NCBI GenBank assembly: GCA_051294375.1
Contig: CM119268.1
Span: 21,844,010-21,908,009 of the forward strand
Source: Paraspadella gotoi
Lineage: Eukaryota > Animalia > Chaetognatha
Length of the DNA stretch: 64,000 nt
Reading direction: 5' to 3'
The translations under genes were made by a program, and so were the position numbers. Of this stretch, positions 53,801 through 63,908 are shown piece by piece; position 1 is the stretch's first letter, and each line of letters begins with the position of its first letter. The notes under the pieces are model-generated. The model was not told the DNA's origin. It searched no databases and saw only the letters and a list, made by a program, of their open reading frames with translations.

Positions 53801-56040
53801 ACGAGATCACGATGACTTCGTATCGTCGACGAGATTCCTGCATTGATCGTCAACTGTCCGACCTTTCGCCCGGCAGCGCCGCTTTTCTTAGCTCGCGCGA
53901 ATCGAGCCTCTCTGCGAGGTCGCGCGGTTGCGGCCCGGGCTCTCCCTCTAAATCCAGCATCCCCGTTCCAGTTCGATCAGGCGCGAGAGTCAAACTGGAT
54001 TTGCCCGTCGATTCGCGATCAGAGTTCAAATGTCAGCGCTCGTCGTCCGCTTCGACGGGCGACTCTTCCAGATCACGGATCCCTCGCTCGGGATCCCGTC
54101 TCCACGTCTCCGAATGTAGACCCCGCGCTCAATCGGAGGCGTCGACCTTGGAAGAGGTGGTGGTGTCGCTGCCGACGAAAGAGTTGAGCGTCGTGGAGGC
54201 GAAGCGGAAGAAGAAGAGCGGGATTCCGACTCCGATTTTCACCACTGGCCTTTTCCAAAATCATTTTAGAACTGACATCGACTCTTGATTAAAAAGAAAA
54301 GCCAACCGCCTTCAGCGCTGCGAAACTTTTTTTCTTTTTTTCCCTTCCATTTCTCATTATTTTTCTTCGTAGGTAGAAATTATTTTTTCTTTTTTCTTTT
54401 CTTTTTAATCTTTTCTAGAAGAATCAACGACGAAAATCGCCTTTCACTCTTCGACTGTCGTTTTAATTTGAAATAACTTGACATCTTATTTTGATTCGAG
54501 TATAAAAATTCACGATTGAAGAAAAAAAAATTGATGTGCTCGTTCTTTTATTAATTAGATTTGACATAATCTTACATTGAAAGCAATTAAATTTTTAAAC
54601 AACCACGTAAATGATAATTAATTTTTTTTTCTACTTTCATCCCCCACTCTTTCTCCCCCCCCATCGCCCCCATCCTCCCACCTCCTCCAACCCCATCCAG
54701 GTCGCACCAACCTCGAGCTCCGTGAACAGTTCATTCTAGCCTCGGGCGTTTCGCAAACGATGGCGTCCTTCCGGTCGAAGCCTCCGCCGGGCGCCACCGC
54801 TTCCGGAACGCCGTCTCGAAGAGCGACGTCAGACGCCGCGAGTCACGGCGGGCGGACGACGACGCCGGGTGAGTGTGACGGAGGTGTTTGCGTATTGGGG
54901 GCGTGGCGATCTTGATGCACAATCTTCGGCAAGTAGGTCGGCGCAGTGGTTTACCCACACTGCGAACCATGAAAATATGGGAACAATGAAAAAGGACTTT
55001 TAGTTCTTGTGGTCTGTTTGCTAACAACTACGACGATGACATCTATCGGCAGAAACTTTAATAACAAAAGGCAAACAAATAAATGGAGGGGAAAAGGGGG
55101 ACATATCTCTACAGTGGTCTCTTTGCTAACAACTACGACGATGTCCCTCACGATTCGTTTTCGAATCAAGGTCGAATTATTAAAGTTTTTTCCTTTAATT
55201 TTGAAAACATTAAATATTATACTAAAATATACAAATGTACAAAATCTGTCTCGCTGTCACACTCAAGGATCTCCTCTTTCCCCAAACCTCTCCTATTCTC
55301 AAAGGCTCCCGCGCCATGAACGGAAGTCGCGGCTCGATTCCACGCGACGCCGCGTCGACGACGACGCCGCGCGGTTCCCTGACGTCGACGCCCATCCGCG
55401 GCGCCAACTCGACCCCTCGCGGCGCCAACGCGACGCCGCACGCGCCCTCCGCGCGATCCGCGACCCAGACCCCGACTACGACCAAAACGAAGATCCCCCG
55501 TCCAGCGCGAGCCTCCGGGGGTTCGAGGGGCCCGTCCAGGACGGCCTCCATGAACTCCCTCGGCTCCGACTCGGATTTTTCCGTGGCGAGGTAATGTGGT
55601 GGGGGTAATGTGGTGGGGGTGTGGGTAAGGTGGTGGGGGTAAGGTGGTGGAGTGGTCGTTGGTTTATGATTCCGGTGATCACCTTTGGGACGGGAGGAAT
55701 TTGTTGAAAGTGAAAAAGTATGATGGCGTGAGAGAGATGTTTAACTGTTTACAGTCTATAATTTATATGTATATAATGTAGATAAAGTATGTTATATATA
55801 ATCCGCGTTTATATAACCCTCTGGGCGGTTCATTAGCCGTAGCAAAGTTATAGTCATGTAATAAGTATCACATTAAACGCTCATCTTTTTCTTCTTACCT
55901 CCCCCCCCAACATTAGTTCCGAGGTTTCCGTCGCCTCGTCGACTCCCGGCACTCCCTTCCGGCAGCCGACGACGACGAATAAATCCAAGTTGCCGACTCT
56001 GAAGACGAGCGCCTCCGGCACCAAGTCCAACTGGACGTGA
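1698..56040 (+). CDS. MACF1: Spectraplakin (MACF1/dystonin/short stop family), multi-exon, 5' end lies upstream of the window
   Basis: Spliced GT-AG exons give, in order: CH2 end ([24 protein letters not shown]...[13 protein letters not shown]), plakin motifs ([12 protein letters not shown]; [22 protein letters not shown]), SH3, many spectrin repeats (e.g. [30 protein letters not shown]; [17 protein letters not shown]), EF-hands, GAR ([33 protein letters not shown]), [11 protein letters not shown] and a tail ending [18 protein letters not shown] (TGA 56038-56040). Family is certain; the symbol is nominal (invertebrate co-orthologue of MACF1/DST, fly shot). Confidence 0.96.
2173..2276 (+). CDS. 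Candidate alternative first exon of the spectraplakin (isoform without the actin-binding domain)
   Basis: gccATG start, GC-rich open frame [34 protein letters not shown](K), donor AA|gtgagt in phase 2, matching the acceptor at 2722. Confidence 0.7.
2722..10779 (+). CDS. Spectraplakin plakin-domain exons, including the SH3 exon at 8315-8571
   Basis: Motifs [69 protein letters not shown] and VVPLRQR. SH3 reads ICSYKQ...NSQREKWTV...[13 protein letters not shown] but needs frameshift correction. Confidence 0.9.
4655..5110 (+). repeat. Intronic pyrimidine-rich minisatellite (degenerate ttcccctcttccccttcctcatat units)
   Basis: Degenerate tandem C/T-rich units fill most of the intron. Similar tracts occur at about 9725-10045, 25395-25660, 31480-31925 and 47610-47850. 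Confidence 0.85.
11344..20155 (+). CDS. Spectraplakin exons 11344-11626, 12085-12159 and 20027-20155: low-complexity linker plus Ala/Gly-rich hydrophobic insert
   Basis: Canonical splice sites; phases chain 0-1, 1-1, 1-1 into the exon at 20242. Spliced translation ...[68 protein letters not shown]... Confidence 0.8.
12483..18317 (-). CDS. ABCB1: ABCB-family full transporter (P-glycoprotein/MDR-like), nested antisense in spectraplakin intron 12160-20026
   Basis: ATG at 18317 (MSETKS...[28 protein letters not shown]). TMD1-NBD1-TMD2-NBD2 layout with Walker [10 protein letters not shown] and GASGCGKST, signatures ISGGQRQR and LSGGQKQR, Walker B/D-loop [11 protein letters not shown] and [12 protein letters not shown]-loops AHRLSTIK. 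Ends GTHEQL...SRIAF* (TAA 12485-12483). Confidence 0.95.
18807..19940. mobile_element. Non-autonomous DNA transposon (MITE-like) with about 200-250 bp terminal inverted repeats and TA flanks
   Basis: 18807-19010 (catggtgacaattttacaagcgccggtagaaata...) is the near-perfect reverse complement of 19738-19940, with degenerate pairing for about 50 bp further inward. TA at 18805-18806 and 19941-19942. The AT-rich interior has no ORF in the track. Confidence 0.85.
20452..48657 (+). CDS. Spectraplakin spectrin-repeat rod exons
   Basis: Repeated spectrin-type helices with conserved Trp (LxxWL...W), e.g. [99 protein letters not shown]. Confidence 0.93.
22914..22970 (+). repeat. (GA)n microsatellite; further (GA/CT)n arrays at about 21144-21190, 25069-25128, 27853-27910, 44780-44849, 60906-60961 and 63477-63498
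   Basis: Perfect dinucleotide runs read directly from the sequence. Confidence 0.9.
26382..26470 (+). repeat. 17-bp tandem repeat (ttctcacttttcctaaa), about 5 copies
   Basis: Direct head-to-tail copies inside an intron. Confidence 0.9.
27917..29293 (+). CDS. Candidate internal alternative first exons of the spectraplakin (27917-28788 and 28966-29293), Ser/Pro/Arg-rich N-terminus of about 400 aa
   Basis: aaaATGg start with a 290-codon open frame, phase-2 donor ag|gtgctt, in-frame acceptor cag|c at 28966, and phase-0 donor agc|gtaggt matching the rod exon at 29404 ([13 protein letters not shown]). Confidence 0.7.
33308..37770 (-). CDS. CFAP58: Cilia- and flagella-associated protein 58 (CCDC147), nested antisense in spectraplakin intron 33066-38054
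   Basis: Spliced translation carries CFAP58 motifs: [33 protein letters not shown]...[15 protein letters not shown]...[47 protein letters not shown] and C-terminal GFTGGG. Probable ATG at 37770, stop at 33310-33308. Two N gaps fall in introns. Confidence 0.92.
44151..44364 (-). mobile_element. Probable tRNA-derived SINE or Pol III element in a spectraplakin intron
   Basis: Minus strand reads TGGCGCCGGAGGTAGCAC (A-box-like) and GGTTCGCGCCC (B-box-like) at tRNA-like spacing, followed by a GC-rich body with hairpins and a tttactcttttt tail. Only one copy is seen in the window. Confidence 0.5.
48756..49327 (+). CDS. Spectraplakin EF-hand pair and start of the GAR domain
   Basis: [46 protein letters not shown]; [32 protein letters not shown]; [20 protein letters not shown]. 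Confidence 0.95.
49862..49909 (+). CDS. Candidate 48-nt cassette exon inside the GAR domain
   Basis: tttccttag| acceptor and |gtaaga donor, phase 2-2 like the host intron, open frame (S)[15 protein letters not shown](G). Confidence 0.55.
51213..51476 (+). CDS. Spectraplakin GAR/GAS2 microtubule-binding domain exons (51213-51285, 51395-51476)
   Basis: [24 protein letters not shown]|[27 protein letters not shown]. Confidence 0.96.
51724..51957 (+). CDS. Candidate 234-nt cassette exon after GAR
   Basis: Phase 1-1, GC-rich open frame [30 protein letters not shown]...PGSLLQ; the acceptor is weak (aataag). Confidence 0.5.
53504..54288 (+). CDS. Candidate alternative last exon of the spectraplakin with three SxIP motifs
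   Basis: Long pyrimidine tract plus cag| acceptor in phase 1, matching the GAR donor at 51476. About 260 open codons, Ser/Arg/Pro-rich, with SSIP, SRIP and SGIP; TGA 54286-54288. Confidence 0.75.
54701..56040 (+). CDS. Spectraplakin canonical C-terminal tail (three exons) with TKIP and SKLP motifs
   Basis: [27 protein letters not shown]... then TKTKIPRP...[10 protein letters not shown]... then NKSKLPTLK...WT*. Confidence 0.9.
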
Positions 56041-58236
56041 AATGGGGCGGATATCTTGTCTCCGTTATTTGAATGTCGACCGGAAAAGACCGGAAAAGAG
56101 GTCGAGACGATCGCGTTTAGGACTTTAGCCGGTTGGACTCCTCCTATTTAAGGCCCAAGGCGATCCTGGCCCAACTAAAAAGATAAATTATAGACTACGA
56201 GATTTCGCGATATTTAAGAAATTTATACTAAAAGCAAAATATTGAGGGAGAAGTAAGATAAGTCGTGAGAAGTTTAGAATTTTTTTTTTGGGGGGGGCGA
56301 TTGTTTGTGAGTACCTTTAATCACTTTTTTAAAAAAAAAACTAATTAAGGCTAATTAAGGCCCCTTTTCCCTTCAAACTGGGCTATTGGTTCCATTATCT
56401 TTGGCCAGTCAATATAGTCATCCCTAAAACTTCCGATCTTTACTACGCAATTTTAAACTTACTTTCAATTTAAAAACGTAACTTCTCCTCCCCTCATCCA
56501 CTTGACCTTGATGCACTTTCTAGCCCCTCCCCTACTCCCAGAGTACTTTCGCCCCCAGAAATCTCTTCAAGTTCTTCGAGCGACTTTCCCTCCGATCCGA
56601 CTCATTCAAACTCCCCCTCCCCCCCCCAAGACGAAGGGAAAGAAAGAAAAAAAAAAAGAAAAAACAGTGCAACGCTAAAAGTTAATACGATTTTGTCGTT
56701 TTGTTCGTTTCCCCCCTTTTCGTTGGACCCTGTTTCGGTTACTCTTTTTCTCCGAGTAACTTCATTCCATTACCGATACATTTCATATATCTACGAATCG
56801 CTACTCGTATTGATTTCAAAAAATAGTTCTTTTTTTTTGTTACACATTTTTCTAAAGGTGTGTGTACCAAGTGGTGCAAATCGATTTCTCTTTTTTTTTT
56901 CTTCGGGATTCTTGTTTAGAATTCCTATATAATTTTTTAGGAATTCTCGGTGGTTTTTTTTTTTTTTTTTTATTAAAAAACAAACAAACATATGAGGTCT
57001 AATAGACCGAAAGAGTTTTCTGTTAAAGTAAAAATGGACTCAGTTTTAATCTATATTTCGCTTAAAATAACGAAACGTCATCGCTTGTTGATTATTTATG
57101 CTTTTTTTTTTTGGTTTAATTATCGTCGCTTTTGATGATCAGTTTCGTTTTTTGGAGTAAAAAAGCTGTAAATATTACATGTCGCTTAAATGTATTTTTA
57201 TTTTGTTTTCTTCCTTATCGCGCAGCCTTTGCTTTCTCAAAGTAATTTCATAGTATATTAACTTAATTAATATTATTTTTTTCTCTCTCTCTCTTACCGA
57301 AACAGGCAAACCTCAAAAAAGATTTTTTTCCCTATTTAGAAAAGTGAGTTACTACTGATAGAACGTATAACTCTTTTCGTTTTGGCTACTAAGCCTCGAA
57401 TTTATAACGATCGCACGCTAAAATACGTAAAAGTCAAGATTTTAATATAGTATTCCTAATTTCATAACCGTATTAGGTAATCGTTAGTCAAGTACAGTCA
57501 ACAAAATGTCCAGACAAAAAATTAATGACAAAACAATTTTAAGTGAGTGAAATAATTAGCCTGCGCTTCCCTTATTTGTGAAGCGAACGGAATCATATCA
57601 ATTCTCTCTCTTCTCTCTTCTCTCTTCTCTCTTCTCTCTTCTCTCTCTCTCTCTCTCTCTTCGTCCGGTTTCATTTTTTTCTCCCCCTCTCTCTCTCTCC
57701 CTCTCTCTCGTGTCTCCTGAGATTTTTTTATACGTCAATTTTAGTTCCAAGTGTACAACTCGAATCATGTTACGTTCGCGATTTGTTTGTGGTCGTCGCT
57801 TTTGTAATTATTGAAAATGATTTTAAAACAAAACAAACAAAAAAACACACACACCGAAATGAAAGAAAAAAAAACCCGGTAATTTAATCAATGAATTATT
57901 AGGTAATTGATTGTTGGTAATAAACTTTGAATCGATTGTTTAATACAAAAAAAGCTAAAAGAAAAAAAGGAAGTCTGGTTCGTCGACTGAATCGTTCACT
58001 TAATACCAATTAAATTATTATATTGATGGCTAACGTTTTTAATTTTGACGATACTGTCCAAGTTTTCTTTTTCAGTCAGTTCGTTAAAGTACGAGAAACG
58101 ACTCTTAAATGAAGCAAGATCTATACGATAGGTTTAGCGGGATAGAGGGTTTTGATTTGGAGTGATAACTCATTAACGTCGAACCAGATAGTAATGCGGC
58201 CAATCAGAGATCAGACCTAGCGTTAAGTAATAGGGA

Positions 58237-60033
58237 ATGCCGCCAATCAAAGAGGAGGATGAGGATTGGCAGCGGAAGTTCCGCTTTCACGATTTTCTCA
58301 AGATCAAATATGGCGCCGACGATAATGACGACGAAGACGAAGACGATCAACTCCGCGTCTTTCGAAATCCCGCCTTTCGCCTCGAAGTCGCGCGCGACGA
58401 AAAACGCTGCGACTGCGCCTGCTGCGGCGCCGAATTGGCGGGAGATGGCGCCGCCGAGCGGGCTCGGCATTGCAGCGCCGAGCGTCCTCTCGAGTCCGAC
58501 GAGGAAATTCTCAACGTGAAGAAAACGCAGACGCACTACAAACTGCGGTGAGAGACATTTCGGGCAAAGTTTAGTGGTTAAGTTATTTGGCTTTATATTG
58601 TTTTCATTTATTTGTTACTACTTCTACAACTACTACTATGAAAATACAATTTTCAAATACCGACGAAAAATCCCCTTGATATTTGTTACTCATATTCCTA
58701 CTAAACTTTTACACTTACTGTTTAGGATCATCCCGATCGAGATTTTTTTTCTGCATGTCATGAGCACAAACGTAAAAAAAGAACGAAAAAAAAATAACAA
58801 TGGTTTTTCTAATATCACCATTAACCATAATTACCCTTAAACCTATATAACCCTCATCTCTACCAAACTTTATTTTTTTCCCTTGTAGTATCCAACCACG
58901 TCAATGATATTTGCGAAAAGAAAAATAACCGACTAGCTTGGTTCAAGTCGGCGAAAGTAAAATATGCCTTTATTCCTTCACTCCGCCCCCCACGACTCTC
59001 AAGACGTTCGAAGATCGAACTTCCGCGATTTCCCGAAATCAACCTCAACGCCTCTCACGACGGCGCCGTTCTCGCCGACGACGCCGCAAGCAATTCCCGC
59101 CGCTCGACCCAGACGCGGTCTTCTCACGACGCCGGATCGTCCTCTTCTCCGACTGCGTCGCTTCGAGCCGCCTTCGACTCCGAGCGCCATCTTCCAACGC
59201 CGACTTGGGGTCGGAACTGCGACGACGCGTCCTGCGGCTCCTGCGGCGAGATCGGCCCCGACTGCCGCTGCATCAAGCCTCACCCCAAGATGAGGCTCAT
59301 CGCGACGAGAGCAGAAGAGAGATTAGTGAAGAAACAGGTGATGTTTGGTGAGGATTCTTGCTAAAGTTATGGAATCAAATTAATAAAATTGGTAGAGCCA
59401 ATATAAAAATTAGGCATTCGTTTAATAAATAAACTATCTTGCCCAAGCTATGGTTGGTGAGGGCCTCCATCCCTCGTGACATAGCAGAACCCTGCAGGCT
59501 TTTAATCGAGACTATCTCACGGTCGGGTTTATGTATTCACTCCCGAAGGTACCAAGCTTCGTTATCAATGAAGTGGTATAATTATTTAGTAGTTAATAAT
59601 AATAATAATGTTTTGGTCTTTTCATTATTAAAAATAATGCAGTATTTTTATTAATAAGACTCGCTTATTCTCTCACCTACCCTTTATCCAGCCTCTCATC
59701 CGATACAAACGCATCACTTCCTCATCGATTTGCCAACGGACCGCCGCTACGTGCCACGGACCCTGTACCGGCAGCTCAGCGCCGCCCCGCTGCCCCGGCC
59801 CCTGCGGCTTTGCTCCGCCCCGCTGCCCCGGCCCCTGCGGCTCCGCTCCACTCCGCTGCCCCGGCCCCTGCGGTTCCGCTCCACCCCGCTGCGTTAGTCC
59901 CTGTTTTTTCGGCCACTCTGGCCGATCGGATGCCCCTATGGCCTCTTATCCGCGAGAGAGAGTCCCCATCGAAATCTTCGAGAGATACGCCCACTTTAGT
60001 TGGAGGGAACAGGAGGCGTCGTTGCCTACGTGA
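58237..60033 (+). CDS. Unrecognised four-exon Cys/Pro-rich protein (exons 58237-58547, 58726-58771, 58889-59337, 59692-60033)
   Basis: GC-rich open frames bounded by GT-AG sites. Cys clusters CDCACC and CDDASCGSCGEIGPDCRC, APPRCPGPCG repeats and the motif (I/V)PIEIF twice. A continuous frame needs one extra T in the T8 run at 58743-58750. Confidence 0.6.
59779..59910 (+). repeat. 33-bp coding tandem repeat (about 4 copies) encoding APPRCPGPCG(S/F)
   Basis: gc(g/t)cc(g/a)c(c/t)ccgctgccccggcccctgcgg units head to tail. Confidence 0.85.
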
Positions 60034-60639
60034 AGGAGAGACAGGGCGGAACGGCGACGGACGCTCTAATTATCACAACTCATTATCACTCCTCACTCTT
60101 TATCACTTTATCAGTCTCTCATCGATAGTTTACTGCTTTAGTAAAATCTTCATAGACTCGGTTTAAAACTCGAGGCTCGGCTGTTGGAAAAAATTTAATT
60201 TTTTATTATCTAGACGAACAAAACATTTAATCTATGATGTTAAATGGGGTTTGGATTAAGTTTGTTAATATCATATTTTTATTCTAAAATAAATTTTCAG
60301 CGGCCTCGTTTTAACATATTTCCGTCGACGAATTGTCTATGAAGATTTGTAGTATCGCTGCTGAAATAGTATACTATATTTTATATTCTATAATTTCTAC
60401 AGGCGCCAAATCGTTATTTGGCTATTTTTTCACCGGTCGACTTTTAATCGAAACCGCGAAAATCTTTTGATTTTTCTTGGTTCCTCCTTCTCCCGCGATT
60501 CGTCGCTACGAGTCTCTTTCCTCTTCAACTTCGAGACGATTAAAACAAAAGTTTCCTTCGATGTTTCCTCGAAGGAAAACATTGAATCCAACTCTGGCTG
60601 ACAGGATTAGCTCTCATGACAGAGACATCGTAATTCGCG

Positions 60640-60905
60640 ATGTCCTTCGGGGGATTTCCCTCCTCCACTCCCCGTCTCCTTCGTTTTCTCGATCCCCTAC
60701 GATCCCCTCGCTCCAGCACGGCCCCGCTTCTCTGCTCCTCCCCGTCACTGCTCCTATTCACTCGCTCTCTACACTCGTTCCACACAGTTCGTCGTCGTCG
60801 TCGCTGGCATCGGCTGGAACCTCCGCCCCTCTTCTCAGTTTGCTTTTCGTCTAGAAGGTAAGGTTTTTTTGGGGAGTTATTGGGAGTAAGTTTGCGCGGC
60901 TGCGA

Positions 60906-60965
<60 letters not shown>

Positions 60966-63908
60966 TTTCGTCTTATATTTTTCTCACCGTCAAAATCGTA
61001 CAGTAAGTCGAGAGGCGAGAAACCGGTCTTGATTAAATTGCGGACCAGCTTAAGTTTTTTTTTATTTTCTAGTCGATCCGTTTTTTCATAACATATGGTG
61101 GTTTTTTTCTTTTTTCTAAATTTAAACTAAACTATTAATTAAAACCGGTGGGAAAAAAATAAATCGATAAATCCGGTTGAAGCCATTTTTCTTTTGTTAA
61201 ACTTTTGTTAAGTTGGTTACCTAAAGAAAAAAATTGATTCTCTACTAAGACAGGTATTTGAATTCTTAAAGGTTAAAATTGGTTAAAATTAAAAAAAAAA
61301 TGATAGTAATGCTTACGGTATTTTATCCGCATCTACCGCCCTTGATGATTCCATAACTCCTAAAGTAACATATTGTGGAAATTGAGTAAAATTCCGATTT
61401 TGATTCTTTGTCGTCGTTTTGTTTGTCTGTCAGTAATTCTAATTAATGATATCCGTAATTCTCTTTTGTTCGTTTGTCTGTCAGTAATTCTAATTAATGA
61501 TATCCGTAATTTTCTTTTGTTCGTTTGTCTGTCAGTAATTCTAATTAATGATATCCGTAATTCTCTTTTGTTCGTTTGTCTGTCAGTAATTCTAATTAAT
61601 GATATCCGTAATTTTCTTTTCTTTTCTTTTCCCGCTCAAATCGACCCTTAAACCCTCCCATCTCCTTTCAGCGCCTCAACCATGCCGCCCATCGGCGTCG
61701 ATTTCGACTATCTCGTCTTGGGCGCCGGATCCGGCGGAAACGCCAGCGCCCGGCGCGCGGCTCTCCTCGGAGCCAAAGTGGGCGTGGTCGAGGGCGCCCG
61801 TTTTGGCGGGACCTGCGTCAACGTGGGCTGCGTGCCCAAGAAGGTCATGTTCAACGCAGCGATGCACGCGGAGATGATCCACGACCACGCCGATTACGGG
61901 TCTGGTGGAAGGAAGAGACGACGAGAGTCAATGACCAGGATCTTGAGATCTTTGACAGATCTTGAGATCTTGAGATCTTGAGATCTTTGACAGATCTTGA
62001 GATCTTGAGATCTTTGACAGATCGGTCGTGTTTCTTCATTTTCTAATCGTCGAAAAAGCAGATTTAGTCTATTGATCATTTTATTTTTTATTTTCCGTCC
62101 GGTTTGTATTCTATTGATTAGTCTTTTTTAAATCGTTTGGCCGGTTTTTTGCTTTAAAAAAATCTGAGTTGATAGCTGCTTCATTTTTTAAAGGTCACTT
62201 GGGTTCCATGCTTCTACTCAGAAACCGCGAGAGTTTCAATTCTTATCGTTACTGGGTATTACTCTTTAAAAGTTAGTCGTTTTGTGAGGATTTCATGTTT
62301 AAATGTTAGCGACGTTGTTAAATGTCTTTTTCATCGGGAGTCTTTGCCTCATGTTGATAAAACCTCGTCTCATGTCTTTTGTCTCTCTCTCTCTCTCGAC
62401 TCTCTCTCTTTTCCTATTAGAACTTGGTTATTAATGATTTAAATCACGGCCTCAGGTTCGACATCCGACTTAACAAGTTCGACTGGTCTGTCATCAAAAA
62501 TAAACGCGACGCTTACGTCAAGCGTCTCAACGGAATTTACGGCACGAATCTCAAGAATGACGAGATCGAACATTTCGACGGATGGGGAAAATTGATGGGG
62601 AAGGGAAAAGGTGAGAGAAATAGGATTTTGGAATGAGGGGAAGAGTGATGGTCGGAAGAAGTTAGGAATTCCCATTGTGAAAATGGCAATTGTGAAAATG
62701 GCAATTGTGAAAATGGCAATTGTGAAAATGGCAATTGTGAAAATGGCAATAGAGAGCGATGTACGCCTATTTGCGGGTTGCCTGTGATGCCCAGCTGGGT
62801 TGGGCAATGGGGATTCTCATTTTCCGACCCTCAGTGGCGCTGCCTGCCGGGCAAAGGGGGAATTTGTTTCAGGAAAATCCGCGGCAATTATTTTTAAAGA
62901 AATGTTTTTTTTTTTTTTTTTTTTGCCGAAAATATTTGATTTATAAATCAATATCCCGTCCTTAGTCTCGGTCTCCCTGAAGGACGGATCGACGCGCGTG
63001 TTGACCGCCTCCAACATCCTCGTCGCCACCGGCGGCGCTCCAGTCAAGCCCTCCTCCATTCCCGGCGCCGATCTCGGCATCACCTCCGACGGCTTCTTCG
63101 AGTTGGAGGATCTTCCCGCCAAGTCGGTCGTCGTCGGCGCCGGATACATCGGCGTCGAATTGGCCGGGATCCTCAGCGCCTTGGGGTGAGGTGTGGGTCG
63201 TGGGTGAGAATTAGTTGAGATTGATTAGATTTAATTCATTAGGTCAGTATTATTTTTTCGCCAAAAGGGCATTTTTCTTTTTAATCTTTTTCCACATGTA
63301 AGACTTGATTTGACGACGCGCGCCAGTAATTAACGCTTCGGGTTCCAGGGATGGAAGTTTAACTAGGAGAGGCGCATTTAAGTCAGTTTGACAACATTTG
63401 TTGGCAGACAATAAGTTGACAATATGTTGATTACAAGAGGTCTTGAGAGACTAAGGAGGAAAATCGCGGGAATGATAGAGAGAGAGAGAGAGAGAGAGNN
63501 NNNNNNNNTTTGAATTTATTCAATGGGGCTTTAGGCACCAAATAAAACAATACGCCATTACATTTAAGTCTAAGAATTTAGGCATTCCTCATGAAATCTT
63601 TCCAATTTACAATTTATGCACGTATTTTCCCTTTGCAAGAGAGAGAGAGAGAGACCGACCGCTAAACACAATAACCACCAGGCATTGACCCCCCCAAACT
63701 TTTGTTTCAATATCTCTCCCTCGATCTTCCTCTCAGCTCTCGCACGTCAGTTGTTCTCCGCAACACGACGGTTCTTCGGACTTTCGACTCGACGATCAGC
63801 GAAGGCGCGACTCTTGATTTGGCCAACGCGGGAATCGAACTCAAGAAGACGAGAGAGGTCGCCAAAGTGGAGAAGAACGCGAGCGGGAGGCTGGACGTCT
63901 CTCTCAAG
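60640..63908 (+). CDS. GSR: Glutathione reductase, 3' end runs off the window; upstream exon 60640-60857 encodes a putative mitochondrial presequence
   Basis: [12 protein letters not shown] (FAD binding), [15 protein letters not shown] (redox disulfide), [48 protein letters not shown] (NADPH binding), VLRTFDS. Exons 61672-61899, 62456-62610, 62966-63185 and 63737-63908. Confidence 0.95.
61421..61620 (+). repeat. 51-bp tandem repeat, 4 copies, in GSR intron 1
   Basis: gtttgtctgtcagtaattctaattaatgatatccgtaatt(c/t)tcttttgttc starting at 61421, 61472, 61523 and 61574. Confidence 0.92.
61939..62022 (+). repeat. Compound short tandem repeat (gatcttga / gatctttgaca)
   Basis: Directly visible in GSR intron 2. 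Confidence 0.85.
62674..62750 (+). repeat. 15-bp tandem repeat (attgtgaaaatggca), 5 copies
   Basis: Directly visible in GSR intron 3. Confidence 0.9.

Noticed and set aside
61421-61620. Regularly spaced repeats resembling a CRISPR array
   Set aside because: Head-to-tail 51-bp units with no unique spacers, in a eukaryotic intron with no cas genes.
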